DNA of 64,000 nt from the NCBI RefSeq assembly GCF_009914755.1, contig NC_060935.1. One strand, written 5' to 3'. The notes beneath the pieces are model-generated. The model was not told where the DNA came from and made no database searches. It was given only the letters and a program-made list of their open reading frames with translations. Below are positions 31,201 to 49,488 of this stretch, in pieces. Source of the DNA: the human T2T-CHM13v2.0 reference genome, Homo sapiens. The position numbers and the translations under genes were made by a program. The first letter of the stretch is position 1, and every line of letters begins with the position of its first letter.

Positions 31201-32408
31201 TTGAAGACAAGGCGTTTGAAAATATACAGTCATAGGAGAAAAAAATGAAAAGGACAAAAAAGTCTATAGGATTCATGGGACAAGATCAAGAGAGGAAATA
31301 TTCAAAATATAGGAGTTCAAGAAGGAGAAGACAAAGACAAATGGGTAGGAATATTATTAAAATAACATAAGAAAGCTTTCTAAATCTGGGAAAAGATATA
31401 AATATCCAGGTACAGGAAGGTCCAAAGGTCTCCAATTAGATCAATCCAAGCAAGATTACACCAAGATATAATCAAACTGTCAAAAATCAAAGACCAAGAG
31501 AGGCTCCTGAAAGCAACAAGAAAAAAAGAAGTAACTAATGTATAAGAAAGTTTCAATAAGGCTAGTAGGAGATTTCTCAGCAGAAACCTAACAGACCTGG
31601 ACAGAATAGGATGATATATTCAAAGTGGTGAAAGAAAAATACTGTCAACAAATAACCCAGGAAAGCTGTTCTTCAAAAATTAAGAATGAAGACTTTCTCA
31701 GACAAACAAAAGCTGAGAGAGTGTATTATCCTGTGATGGAAGGGTCAAAGCTTACAAAATTTTAGTTAGTTAGGAGTAATAAGTGCAAGAGACCTTATGG
31801 TGCAACATGATGACTGTAGTTAAAAACACCAGATGTAACAGAGGTGTTGGAATTATCACACTGTGACTTAGAAAAGCTATGATTAATATGCTAAGAAATA
31901 TCACGGAAAAAAGTGGGCAACATGCAAGAACAGATAAGTAATGTAATCAGAGAAACAGAAATTCTAAGAAGTGATAAAAAGGAAATGCTAGAAATAAAAA
32001 ACCTTTTAACAGAAATGAATCATGCCTTTGATGGGCTCATTAGTAGTCTGGACATGTCTGAGGAAAGAATTAGTGAGTTTAAGGATCAGTAAATAGAAGC
32101 ATCCAAAACTAAAAAGTAAAGGGGAAAAAAACTGGAAAAAAAAAAAAAACAGGACAAAAATCCAAGAACTGTGAGATAAAGACAAAAGAAGTAACATGTG
32201 CGTAATGGAACTGCCAAAAACAGAACACGAGGGAACGCAAGAAATGTTTGTAGCAATGACTGAGAATTTCATAAAATTAATATCAGACCAAACCACAGAT
32301 CCAGAAACTTAAAGGACATTAAGCAGAATAAATGCCAAAAACATACACTTAGGAAAATTATATTTAAACCGCAGAAAATCAAATATTTAAAAAAATCTTG
32401 AAAGAAGT

Positions 32409-32823
32409 TTTATTAGTTTGTTCTTGCACTGCTATATAGAAATACCTGAGACTGAGTATTTATAAAAAGAAAAGAGGTTTAATTGACTCACAGTTCCTCA
32501 GGCTGTATAGGAAGCAGGATAGCATCTGCTCGGCTTCTGAAGAGGCCTCAGGAAACTTACAATCATGGCAGAAGGTGAAAGGGAAACAGGCATATCTTAC
32601 ATGACAGGAGCATGACCAAGGTGCGGGGAGGTGCCACACATTTTTAAACAGCCAGCTCTCATGATAATTCATTCACTATCATGAGAACAGAGGGGGAAAT
32701 CCACCCTTTTGATCTAATCACCTCCCACCAGGCCCTACCTCCAACATGAGAGATTACAGTTCAACATGAGAGATTACAGTTCAACATGAGATTTGGGCAG
32801 TGACACAGATCCAAACCATATCA
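32409..32823 (-). mobile_element. MSTB-like solo LTR
   Basis: tattagtttgttcttgcactgct...ccaaaccatatca; TSD gaagt/gaagc; internal 20-bp tandem duplication at 32742-32791. Confidence 0.88.
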
Positions 32824-33778
32824 GAAGCCAAAAAAAAAAAATTACCTATAGAGGATCAAGGATAAGAATTACATAGGACTTCTCCTCATGCAACATGCAA
32901 GTAAAAAGAGTGGAGTTAAATATTTAAAGTATTTGGAGAAGTGCCAACCTAGAATTCTGCACTCTATGAAATTATACTTCAGAAGTGAAGGAGAAACAAA
33001 GATTTTCTCAGACAAGCAAATTTGAAGAAATTTGATGAGAGTAAACCTGCCTTGCAAGAAATGTTAAAATAAGTTTTTTCAGGAACCAAAAAATATTGAT
33101 ATTTGTCAGACTCAGAACTTAATAAAGAAAAAAAGATAGAGAAAGAAAAAGTGAAGGTAAAAAATTAAAACTTTTATTTTTCTTATATTTAACCTAACAG
33201 TTTGCTCAAAATGATGATAGCAGCAATGTATTCAATGATCATACCCTATGAATAGATGTAATGAAAGAAAGCAATGATACAAAAGATGAGAGGAAGGAAT
33301 TAGGACTACTTTGTTAATATAAGATACTTGTACTATCTGTGAAGTAGTATATTGTTATTTGACAAATAGAGTTGGATTAGTTGTAAATGTATATTGAAAA
33401 CACTGTGGTAACCACTTTAAGAAGTTTTCTTAAATACTTGATTTGCTAATAAAGAAGAGAAAATAGAATCACATAAAATGTTCATTTAAGCCAAACAAAA
33501 AGGTAGAAAAACAGCATAATCTGAAAAAAACAATCAAGGACAAGGGAAATGAATAGAGACCAGTAATAAATATATGACAGATATTAATCCACCTCTATCA
33601 ATAATCACTATAAACACCAGTGATCTAAATGCACCTATCAAAAGACAGATTTTTGAAGAGTGAAACAAAAAACAATATTCAACAATATGTTGTCTACAGG
33701 AAACCTGCTCTAAATATAAAGACACATATAGATTGAAAGTAAAAGTATGGAAAAAGATATCACATGTTAACACTAATT

Positions 33779-33816
33779 ATCGCTTCTCGGCTTTTAGGCT
33801 AAGATCAAGTGTAGTA
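33779..33816 (+). pseudogene. U2 snRNA 5' fragment (nt 1-38), tailless retrocopy
   Basis: atcgcttctcggcttttaggctaagatcaagtgtagta has 2 mismatches to U2 nt 1-38; 17-bp TSD at 33762-33778 and 33816-33832 (1 mismatch). Confidence 0.93.
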
Positions 33817-35357
33817 CATGTGAACACTAATTGAAAGAAAGTAGGAGTAACTATATTAACTTCAGACAGAGCAGATATCAGAGCAAGGAAAATTATCAGG
33901 AATAAAGAGAGGCATTGCATAATGATAAAGGGGTCAATGTATGTGGCCAACAGCAAAGTGATAAAATACATGAGGCAATAGCTGATAGAACTACAAGAAA
34001 ACATATATGGATCCACTATTAGAGTTGAAGACTTTAACTCCTGTGATTAATAAAGACATTCTGCAAGCAGAAAATCAGTATATACAGAGTTGAACTCAAC
34101 AGCACTGTCAATCATCTGGATATGATTGACACCAATGCAATGCTCATACAATAAAATATTACATTTTTCTCAAGGACACTTATAACAGCCCCTAAGATAG
34201 ACCATGTTCTGAGTCATAAAATGCATGCTAGTTGATTTTTAAAAATAAATATTGTACAATTTATGCTCTCAGATCACACTGTGATGAAAATACAAGCCAC
34301 ATTAGAAAGGTAAGAGAAATGATTTCACTTTGACTATGTCACCTCTCCACAACAATGGCATAGCACCCACCACACAGAAAGGATTTCCCTAGGCCCAAGA
34401 TTTCTACAAGGGAATAAAGAGGGCGCCCGTGGTGGACATCCAGCTTCCCCAGCATTCTTGGGTGTGTTGCAGGAGGCCCACCTGCCAAATGGGGAACATT
34501 AGAAGTATCAGCAGGGGTAGACTATGTGGTGTCAGCTAGAAATAGAAAGTTGGGGCCCACAGCAACCAGCATGTGAATCTTGGCTGTGGCTCTGTATTCT
34601 GGTCAGCAGAGGCACCTGACCAGAGAGATTAGCCAAAAGCATCTCTCTGCAGGAAGCACAGTTGAGAGATTTGCCAGGCTCAAGTCTTTGTCTAGCTTTG
34701 ACACCCAGCATCAGAGCTCTGCATAAGGCTCTCCCAGGCTGAGAAGCAGGTCTGCATTTGTACATTACTACAGAGTGTACCTTCTGGCCCAGCTCAACAT
34801 GATTAGCTAAGCAGTAACCCAGCCTCAGAGACCTGCATAAGGATTTATCAGGCTGGGAGGCAAGCCAACATATGAGCATATCTGTGAAGCAAAGCATCTG
34901 GCTCTGCCTGACACTAGCAGTTGAGCAGAGGCCCCATCAATCTTCAGAACCCAGTCGGAGGTTCTGTCCAGACCCAGGCGGGGAGGGAATCCTATGACTA
35001 CACATATCTGTGGAATATAGTCTCTGACCCTGACCATTTCAAATAACATTTTCATAATTGAATTTATAGAAGGAAAAGAGAGAAAGCAAGAGCAAGCATA
35101 TTTAAGAAAATAATGGCTGAAAACTTTTCAAATCTGGAAAAAGATGGCAACATGCAGATACAGGAAGCTCAGAAGTCTTCAACCAAATTAAACCCAAAGA
35201 AGGGTTAACCGAGACATATCATGTTCAAACTAACAAAAATCAAAGACAAAGAATTCTGAAAGTAGCAAGAGATAAGAAACATATCATATTCAAGAGGGTT
35301 CCAATACAGCTATCGGCAGACTTCTCAGCAGATATCATGCAGGCCAGGAGAGAGTGA

Positions 35358-35918
<561 letters not shown>

Positions 35919-36074
35919 TGAAACCAAAAAAAGACACAAATTCATAACAAAAAACATATAAAAGTATAAAACTTGATGGTATAAATAATACGGTCATATT
36001 CAGAATATTCTACTACTGTAATGGTAGTACATAAAGCAATTTTATCTCTAATATGAGTGTTAAGAGACAAAACT

Positions 36075-36191
36075 TTTTTTTATTTTATTTTATTATTATT
36101 ATACTTTAAGTTTTAGGGTACATGTGCACAATGTGCAGGTTAGTTACATATGTATACATGTGCCATGCTGGTGTGCTGCACCCATTAACTC
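36075..36191 (-). mobile_element. Very short L1PA 3' end
   Basis: T-rich tail plus about 95 nt of L1PA end; TSD aagagacaaaact/aaaagacaaaact. Confidence 0.9.
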
Positions 36192-36722
36192 AAAAGACAA
36201 AACTATTAAAACAACTATAACTACAATAAACTAAGGGATACAAATTACAAAAGATATACTTTTTTGACATCCAAATAACAAAATAGGGGAAAAAGTAAAA
36301 TGTAGACATTTTGTATTGAAAGTTAAGTTGTTATCAGCTTTAAAAGCCTGGTACGACTACAAAATAATTTATTTGTGCCTCATGGTAACCACAATACAAA
36401 AACTTATAATACTTGCACAAAATATAAAAACCAAGAAATCAAATCATACCACCATAGAAAATCATCAAATCACAAAAATCAGTAAGAGAGGAGGAAAGAA
36501 ACAAAGGATGGTTTAAAAAGAAAATAAACCACAAAACAGCAATAAGAGTTCTTATATATTAATAATTACCTGGAATGTAAATTGATTAAATTCTCCAATA
36601 AAAAAATTAAGTAACTAAATGGACTGAAAAACAAAATGCAACTATATGCTGCCTACAAGACACTCGCTTCACCTTTAAGGACACATATAGGCTGAAAGTG
36701 AAGGGGTGAAGAAAGATATTTC

Positions 36723-37582
36723 AAAAAGTGGGCGAAGGATATGAACAGACGCTTCTCAAAAGAAGACATTTATGCAGCCAACAGACACATGCAAAAATGC
36801 TCATCATCACTGGCCATCAGAGAAATGCAAATCAAAACCACAATGAGATACCACCTCACACCAGTTAGAATGGCAATCATTAAAAAGTCAGGAAACAACA
36901 GGTGCTGGAGAGGATGTGGAGAAATAGGAACACTTTTACACTGTTAGTGGGACTGTAAACTAGTTCAACCATTGTGGAAGACAGTGTGGTGATTCCTCAA
37001 GGATCTAGAACTAGAAATACCATTTGACCCAGCCATCCCATTACTGGGTATATACCCAAAGGATTATAAATCATGCTGCTATAAAGACACATGCACACGT
37101 ATGTTTATTGTGGCACTATTCACAATAACAAAGACTTGGAACCAACCCAGATGTCCATCAATGATAGACTGGATTAAGAAAATGTGGCACATATACACCA
37201 TGGAATACTATGCAGCCATAAAAAAGGATGAGTTTATGTCCTTTGTAGGGACATGGATGAAGCTGGAAACCATCATTCTCAGCAAACTATCGCAAGAACA
37301 AAAAAACAAACACCTCATGTTCTCACTCATAGGTGGGAAATGAACAATGAGAACACTTGGACACAGGAAGGGGAACATCACACACTGGAGCCTGTCATGA
37401 GGTGAGGGGAGGGGGAAGGAAAGCATTAGGAGATATATCTAATGTAAATGATGAGTTAATGAGTGCAGCGCACCAACATGGCACATGTATACATATGTAA
37501 CAAACCTGCATGTTGTGCACATGTACCCTAGAACTTAAAGTATAATTAAAAACAAAAAGAATTTTAAAAACTGAGAAAAAAA
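36723..37582 (+). mobile_element. L1PA 3' fragment
   Basis: 14-bp TSD aagaaagatatttc at 36709 and 37583. Confidence 0.93.
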
Positions 37583-38036
37583 AAGAAAGATATTTCCTGA
37601 AAACAGAAGCCAAAAAGAGAAGAAATAGCATACTTAACACCACATGTCAACAAGTATGTGAAGAAAACAAGCCCTTCATATTGTCATTGGAAGTGTAAAA
37701 TGACACCATGACCTTGTAAAAATATGTGGTCATTCATTCAAAATTTAAATATATACCTGCCATATGACCCAGCAATTCATTGCTAGGCACTTACCTCTGA
37801 GAAATAAAAACGTATGTCAAAACCAGAAAACAAAAACTTGCCCATAGTTTATAGGAGTTTATTCACAATAGCCAAAACCTGAAATTGAACTAGGCAAGAA
37901 AACTTTTATCTGAAATGTTTTAGTTATTTTAGAAATAAAGCCTGGGTTTTTTTAAATAAAGGTTAATAACTGATTATTTTCTCTGGCTGCAATAAAAGTA
38001 TAAAAGTGTTCCTTAAAATATTCTTTATACCATCTC

Positions 38037-38385
<349 letters not shown>

Positions 38386-38484
38386 TCATAGTAGATGGCA
38401 GGGTCATAGAGGGTAGCTTATCCCATGCCTCACACTTTTTTACTGCATCTGGCTCTCATAGTGCCCCTTCATGCTCTTCTTTCT

Positions 38485-39110
38485 TAATTTTTAATAGCTT
38501 TATTGAGGCATAATTGACATATAATAATCAATAAGCTGTACATATTTAAAGTACACAATTTGGTAAGCCGTTAATACAATAAGACAGTGCATATGTTACC
38601 CCCAACAGTTTTCTCTGCCCCTTTGTCATCCCTCTTGCTTATCCCTCCTCAAAACCCTCCCTCCCCCAGGCATCTACTTATCTGCTTTTTATCACTACAG
38701 ATTAATTTGCATTCTCTAGAATTTTATACACATGGAATAATACAGTATATATGCTTTCTTGTTTCACTTATTTCATTCAGCAGAATTATCCTGAGATTCA
38801 TCCATGTATATAAATTATCAATCCCTTTTTTATTTCTAAGTGATATTCAATTTTATGGATATATCACAATTCATTTATCCATTCACCTATTGATGGAACT
38901 TGCATTGTTTCCAGTTTTGAGCTTTTACAAATAAAGCTACTATGAACATTTACAAGTCTTTGTACAGACGTATGCCCTCATTTCTCTTTAGTAAATACCT
39001 GAGTCATAGGGTATATGCATGTTTAACTTTTCAAGAAACTGCTAACCTGTTTTCCAAAGTGGTTGTAGCATATTACATTTCCACTCACAGGCTGAGTATT
39101 CCAGTTCCTC
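38485..39110 (-). mobile_element. L1M 3'UTR
   Basis: agctttattgaggcataattgacata 3' end. Confidence 0.7.
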
Positions 39111-39694
39111 CATACTTTCACTCTCTTCTTACAGTGCACTTATTGTATACCTTTTTGTATTAATGATTTATCAAATTGTGTACTTTAAATATGTCCAATA
39201 CCACCCCAACCGAGAGCAGGAATCAAAACAAGTGTTTCTGCTTGTTTTATTCAGATAAGTTTTTCCCAGAAAAACTTCATGCTCCAGAGAAGAACATCTG
39301 CTCCGTGGGGTCTTATTCATGCATTTCCTCAACAAGGTGGCTCTTTTCTAAATAAAAACAGATTATTTTGACATAGCTATTGCCTACTGTATAGTTGAGA
39401 AAATGAAATATTTACCAAATATACTTCATTTTAAAGACTGGATTATGTCAACATGCCAAAATTTACTAAGCAATACAGTTGTATGTTTACATAATAATAA
39501 ACATTTTATTTTAATTTGTCTTTCTTTAAGGGAGATTTGTTACAAAAGAATAAATTAGTTGAGATCACTATACAACATACAACAGCAACTTCGATAAACA
39601 CATCCTTTATCCAGTGAAACTGGTTTCAGAATTCAGTAGTTTAAGCTTTTGTAGTTATTATCTAATTCATATTAGATAGAAGGAAATACACATA

Positions 39695-43802
<4,108 letters not shown>

Positions 43803-43817
<15 letters not shown>

Positions 43818-44360
43818 TACAGGATATATTATATATATGATATCATATATATCATATATATCATATGCATAATTATATATAATATATATAATGATATATA
43901 ATCATATATCATAATTATATGATATATATGATATATTATATTTATATATGATATATGATATCATATATTATATATCCTGTACAAACTAGATAATACTAGA
44001 TAATTTCCAATGACCAAGTAATTATATATGGTATGTATCATATATTATATTATTATAATATTATTTTTATTATATATTATATTATATATTATATTATTAT
44101 AATAGTATTATATTATTATATATTATATATTATATATTCTTTGTCTATAAATGTAGACAAAGAAATAAAATATAGTATATTTTATATTATATATTATATA
44201 TCATATATATTATATGTCATATATATCATATATATTATATATCATATATATCATATTATATATCATATATTATATATAATATTATATATTATCTTATATT
44301 ATATTATATATTATATATTCTTTTTCTATAAATGTAGACAAAGAAATAAATATAATAAAT
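43803..44360. repeat. AT-rich low-complexity repeat with inverted and direct repeats
   Basis: (TA)-rich; 27-bp perfect inverted arms at 43803-43829 and 43970-43996; direct repeats offset by 181 bp. Confidence 0.9.
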
Positions 44361-45018
44361 AAGGATCTTCTTAATATCATATCACCTCTCTGATTCTATA
44401 CATGGACAAAGTGCAATTATGCAGCAGCATTATACATATGCATGCAGTTCTCTACCATCTTCAAGATAAAATCCTAAATATCTAGCTAGATAGCACCTAT
44501 CTTTCCAACAAAATTTTCTACATCTCTCCTTCTTCCACTCCAAAATGAACCATAACAAACTCCTGAAATGTTAGTTCTCTGATATCCTGAAACTGTATGG
44601 CACTATGAATTTGCCTAAATTATTACAGTTTTTTACATTCTATTCACATTTAACATGCACTTGTTTGTCTTCCTCAATAGTCTGAAAATTCCTTGAGTGC
44701 AGAGACCATTTCTTTCCTTTTTATCAACTAATGCAGAGCATAGATTGCAGAGTATAGAATAGGCATTCAATAAATTGTCAGTGGATAAATAAACTTGTTT
44801 ATTATATAAAAAGTTTTATCATCTCCAAAATTGTTTATTCCTATTGGGATCCTGACAAATCTGCAGTTCTGACAGTCTTTGTAATGATCCTACTATGCTG
44901 AAAAGATCAGAATTTATATAAACCTTTTACTTTTAAAAAAACTTTTACTTTAATATACTTGTCAATGATGCATATGGATAATTTCCAATGACCAAATGAT
45001 TATTTTTCTCTATTGCAG

Positions 45019-45138
45019 GTGTCTTATACTTTAGTAGCAAACATCGTAAGTGCCTGTATTTCAGTGACTGGTCTGCTTTTACTATCAGTTGAGTTTATAA
45101 TATATAGTAAAAGTTCAAAAAATTCTCTTTGGCCACAT
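45019..45138 (+). CDS. MS4A-like exon encoding TM3 and second extracellular loop
   Basis: tttttctctattgcag acceptor; 40 open codons VSYTLVANIVSACISVTGLLLLSVEFIIY...LWPH; CAT|GTATGT donor. Confidence 0.88.
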
Positions 45139-47479
45139 GTATGTACCAGGTTTCTGTGAGAATCTCATCACAATTTTAGAATTATGTGTTAAATATTTAC
45201 TAAGTGGTCAGAGTACTTAAGTACAATGCAAGTCATGGAGGTGACCCTCACCATTAGTTTACCTCATGGTATATGCATATATTAAAAATGTGAATCAAAC
45301 TACAAGTTATATTTCTAAACCTAAGACCAACCAAAACCTCAAGTAAACAAATGAAAGGTATTATACATATTAATAGATGCATTTTGAGTAACTAAGCATT
45401 ATATTCAATTCTGGACCCACCTGATAGCCATGATATTTTTACGATGGGCAGCTCAGTTCATTCCAGGTACCTGCATCTCTGAGGTCAGTTCTCCCAGGCC
45501 TTAAAAGATCAAGTTTGTTATAGCAAGACTTGGTCTTCCAAGAAGGAACTGGCATACTCATGTACCTGTGATACCCAAGGGCTTATGTTCAATGTCAGGG
45601 CTGTAGTTTACCGACAGAATAAAGCTGAACTCTGTACATGTATGTAATTTTGAATGCACGTACTCAGTTCTATATCGTTCATGACTATGTGGACATTTTT
45701 GCACTGCCTGCTTTGAGTCTGTCAGTTGTTCAGCAGGTCTGTGGGAGTCTAACTGTGTTCACATTTGCATTTCAATATCTGTGTATATCTATGTTCCCAT
45801 TCATGTGGAACTGTGGACATATGTGCATTTATCTGTATACATTCGTTGGTGTAGAGAGAAGGGGCTAGGAGGGCAAGAAGGCAGAAGTCAGTGCTAAGCA
45901 AGTTGTGCAGAAATTGAAGCGATAAGGGCCAAAGTCTTCTCTAGGATTTCGGTCCTTCTGCTCTATCCCATCTGCCCAGGGCTTGATGAAGGGCAAAATA
46001 GTGGGAACTTTTACCAATACTTAGAAATCAGCTTTTCTGAATTGAACCCATTGGATATTGCCTGTATTTAAATTCCTAACTAATTAAGTAAACTCTCCTT
46101 ACTTCAACATCCAAAACTCTTGGTTAATTATCTAGTTGCAAAGAATACACCAGTTTGCATTTTATTGGATTTTTCTTATTTCTATGTAGCTTTGAAAGTG
46201 ATTTTACAGTGAGTGCAATGGTAAACCTCCTTAGGAACGATTTATGTCTCTGATTCAATAAAGAAATGAGTTTAGAAATTTTAAACTACTTGCTCAGAGT
46301 CACGTGGCTAGTCACTTACAGATCATTTTTTCTAATGCAGAATGGTTTTAAATTCTAAATTATCTTACCCCACAAAATGGAGCTTTTACAAAAATCAATT
46401 CAGTGGCACATCAAAGAATCATTTTGCTGCTGCGGAGAATGCTAATATTTTATGACACATACCCTGATGGATACCTTAAAGTGGTATCTTAAATAAATAG
46501 AAACATAAAGATATTGCTTAAGATTATATTTGTATAACAAGAATGGCTCATTTTATTGGATTGATCTTTAATTATGATCTTAACTCTTTCATTTTTCTAA
46601 TTTATCTCTTAAACTATCATATTCATATTAGTAGGAAATCCAGAATCTTCCTTCTGAGGGCCCCTCCCTGTTGACCCTCTCAAGTTACTCAAAACCACTG
46701 GGATCCAAAGGTTCGATATTGACTCCAAGCCCTTAGTTAACAGAGTCATGTAGTATCTCATCAGTCCACCAGTGTGCCCTTAATTTCCACTGCTATGGTT
46801 CAGTTACTATTAAATGACGCCATTATTTAACACTGATTTGAGTAGCCCATGGTGACCTTGTCATAAAAGTGCACTGAGTACTGAAGAGGCTTGGGCTTCC
46901 AATATTACAGATTCTGTATTCTTGTCTCTAACCCAGCTATACTGTCAGGATATGGGTCTATTGGAGCTTATAGACAGAGGCACAATCCCAGGAGGAAATT
47001 CCTACCCCCAGGTCACATCAGCCCTTGTGTTGAGTCCAGGTTACAAGTCCAAACATTCTTTTCTTTCATTGTTTCTCTTTAGTGTCCTTTCCTATCAACA
47101 GGGCAAATTTATGTAAGTTTCTCTATTAAATAAGTTCTATAACACTAAACCTCAAGGGTGTCACAATTCCATCTTCCCCAGAGATTTATTGGCCTCAATG
47201 AAAATTTCCTGTTATTATCCACAACAATAAACAGGAAAACACAATCAATGATTCTCATCATCCATTTGGCAGAAATATATCAGTATATCATCATCCTCAA
47301 TAATTATCCATTGTAATTACAATTAAAAAATATTTAAAATACTATTGTTGAGGGTGGAGGATAGGGTGGGTAGTTTTTCTCTTCTATTTTTCTTCTTCAA
47401 TTTTAAGATACCTTTATTATTTCTAAAGTGCTCACATAGAAAGATCTGTAAGGAATGTACATTTTCTTTGTGGATACAG

Positions 47480-47590
47480 AAAAGTGGCAAACTCCTTTTG
47501 GAATATCTGTTCATATTAACCATCTTGGAGTTGTTTGTGGCAAGTATAGTCAGCCACTGGGCATCCCAAGCAAAAAAGAGAAGAAGATAA
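47480..47590 (+). CDS. MS4A-like exon encoding TM4 and short basic tail
   Basis: ttttctttgtggatacag acceptor; KSGKLLLEYLFILTILELFVASIVSHWASQAKKRRR then TAA ending at 47590 (tail of track ORF 47345..47590). Confidence 0.85.
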   Translation, partial: KSGKLLLEYLFILTILELFVASIVSHWASQAKKRRR

Positions 47591-47781
47591 AGATGCAGTG
47601 AGTATCCCATTTTTCCCTTAGTAGATCAGAAGATGTTGTCTTCTGTTATGAACACTATTTGAATAACTAAGGTTTTGATATGAATTAAGTATAAATAATG
47701 CCATCACTAAGCTGTGATTGTAGATAGCTGAAAACACTCGGCACTAACTGTCATGCACTTATATGGGTCCCTCCACAACTG

Positions 47782-47787
47782 AATAAA
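47782..47787 (+). terminator. Candidate polyadenylation signal AATAAA for the MS4A-like gene
   Basis: AATAAA about 190 nt after the stop, followed by T/GT-rich sequence. Confidence 0.4.
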
Positions 47788-48479
47788 TAATTTTCCCTTT
47801 TATAAAGGTGTTTTGCATTACAGGATGCTTTTATGTCCATAACATATGAGAGAATAAGGTAGAAGATATGTGATTTTCTGGCTCAGGTCTGTTTAATTCT
47901 ACAGACATTACCCTGGAAACAAAAAGCTTTGTAGAAGTTGTTACCAGGCACGGGGATATGGGACTACTGAAGTCTGAAGCCTTTATTTCTCAAAATTTGG
48001 GAGAACAAGTTGAATATCTGTGTAGAACTTTAGTGTCTTCAGAAACCAAGATTTGGGAGTAATGGAGAAGTTGAAAAAGATGGTAAAGCCTTTTTTCAAT
48101 AAAGCTATTTTCCTACTTTCTCCATATCAACTACTTCACGTCTAAAGGAAAACTTAACCTCCATTTGACCTCACTAAATCAGAGAACTTCAATCTCACTA
48201 AATCAGAGGACTTCAGTGAAAGATATGCCTGCCCTTTTTCCCCAGTACCCACTCAACAGGCCGAGGCTTAGAGATCTATGAGATCATAAAAACAACTGAG
48301 AAGGAGACCACAGTTAACACAAAGAAGAAAGTGAGTTGTCCATATATCCTAGACCACATGTGTAGAAAGGTTTAGGAAATTTAAGCTTCCTCCCCATTTT
48401 ACCACTTTCTAATCTCATCTGTTTGACCCTTTGACCTGCCTTCTTACCTGGGTCTTACTTAATCTCTTCAGGTTGCTGT

Positions 48480-49080
48480 TCTGTCCCTTGACTTTTCCAA
48501 CTGTACCTCTATAGTTTTTGTATAGGCAACACCATATATACCTACAGCTTGGTAGATGTATACCATCTATAAATTTATAATAATCCAAATGTTAAATCTC
48601 CACCCTAGACCTTTCTACTGAGCTCTAGGCTCATATTGCCAACTTCTCTCTAGAGAGTTTGATTCGAAGGATTCCAAAGCACCTCAAATAAAACATATCT
48701 AAAACTGAACTAATCATCTCACCCACAAAGTCATTACCTTGTCTTTTCCATTTAAGAGCACCACCATCTATCTACCTGCCTGCCCTGGCGAGGGAGCTGA
48801 GAAATACTCTCAAATTGAAACAATTTGACAATCCTTTTTACATGATCCCCTAAATGTATTTCAATTCTGTCCTCTGTTTCTTCATCTCCCCAAATGAAAG
48901 TTTAAACAGGAAACACTTACCACACGAAAGCCTGATATTCTAGCACAACATTCATTTCTGTAATAATTTAGCCCAATCTACTTTCTTGACTTCATTTCCT
49001 ACCACTCACGCCCATAAATGCTGTGCTCCAGCCTCACCAATTTACTTATCATTCCATAAATATGCCTTGTTAAGTTTACC
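48480..49080 (+). mobile_element. L2 fragment
   Basis: ctccaccctagacctttctactgagctc...cacctcaaataaaacatatctaaaactgaact L2 motif. Confidence 0.65.
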
Positions 49081-49448
49081 ATCTTAATTTGTAAATAGCT
49101 TTGTTTAGGAATCTCTATTTTGAATTAAACTGATAAAATGAATTAGGAGGGAGAGGAATTTATCATATAGATTTCTTTTCTTGTATTTCCCACTTTCTCT
49201 TGACACTCAGAGGCTACATCTTCATTTGTACTGCAAAAGTCACTTGCTTTTCAAAACATGTGAATTAGCTATAATTCCAGATGAATTAGGGTATTGAAAA
49301 CCTGTTATCTGGATCACTGATTGCCTTTCAATGAATCTTCTTTAAGTAAGGTATTAAAATGGGGAGCTGAAGTTCCATCTAAAGGTATTCAAACTCGAAA
49401 TCTCAAAAAAATATGGCTCTAACTAAAAGCAAAGTAAACAAAACACAC

Positions 49449-49451
<3 letters not shown>

Positions 49452-49483
<32 letters not shown>
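49452..49483. repeat. (CA)n microsatellite
   Basis: About 16 perfect units. Confidence 0.95.

Positions 49484-49488
<5 letters not shown>

Noticed and set aside
44033-44362. 109-aa Y/I-rich ORF
   Set aside because: Translation of low-complexity TA repeat.
47345-47479. N-terminal part of ORF 47345..47590
   Set aside because: Intronic sequence upstream of the 47480 acceptor.
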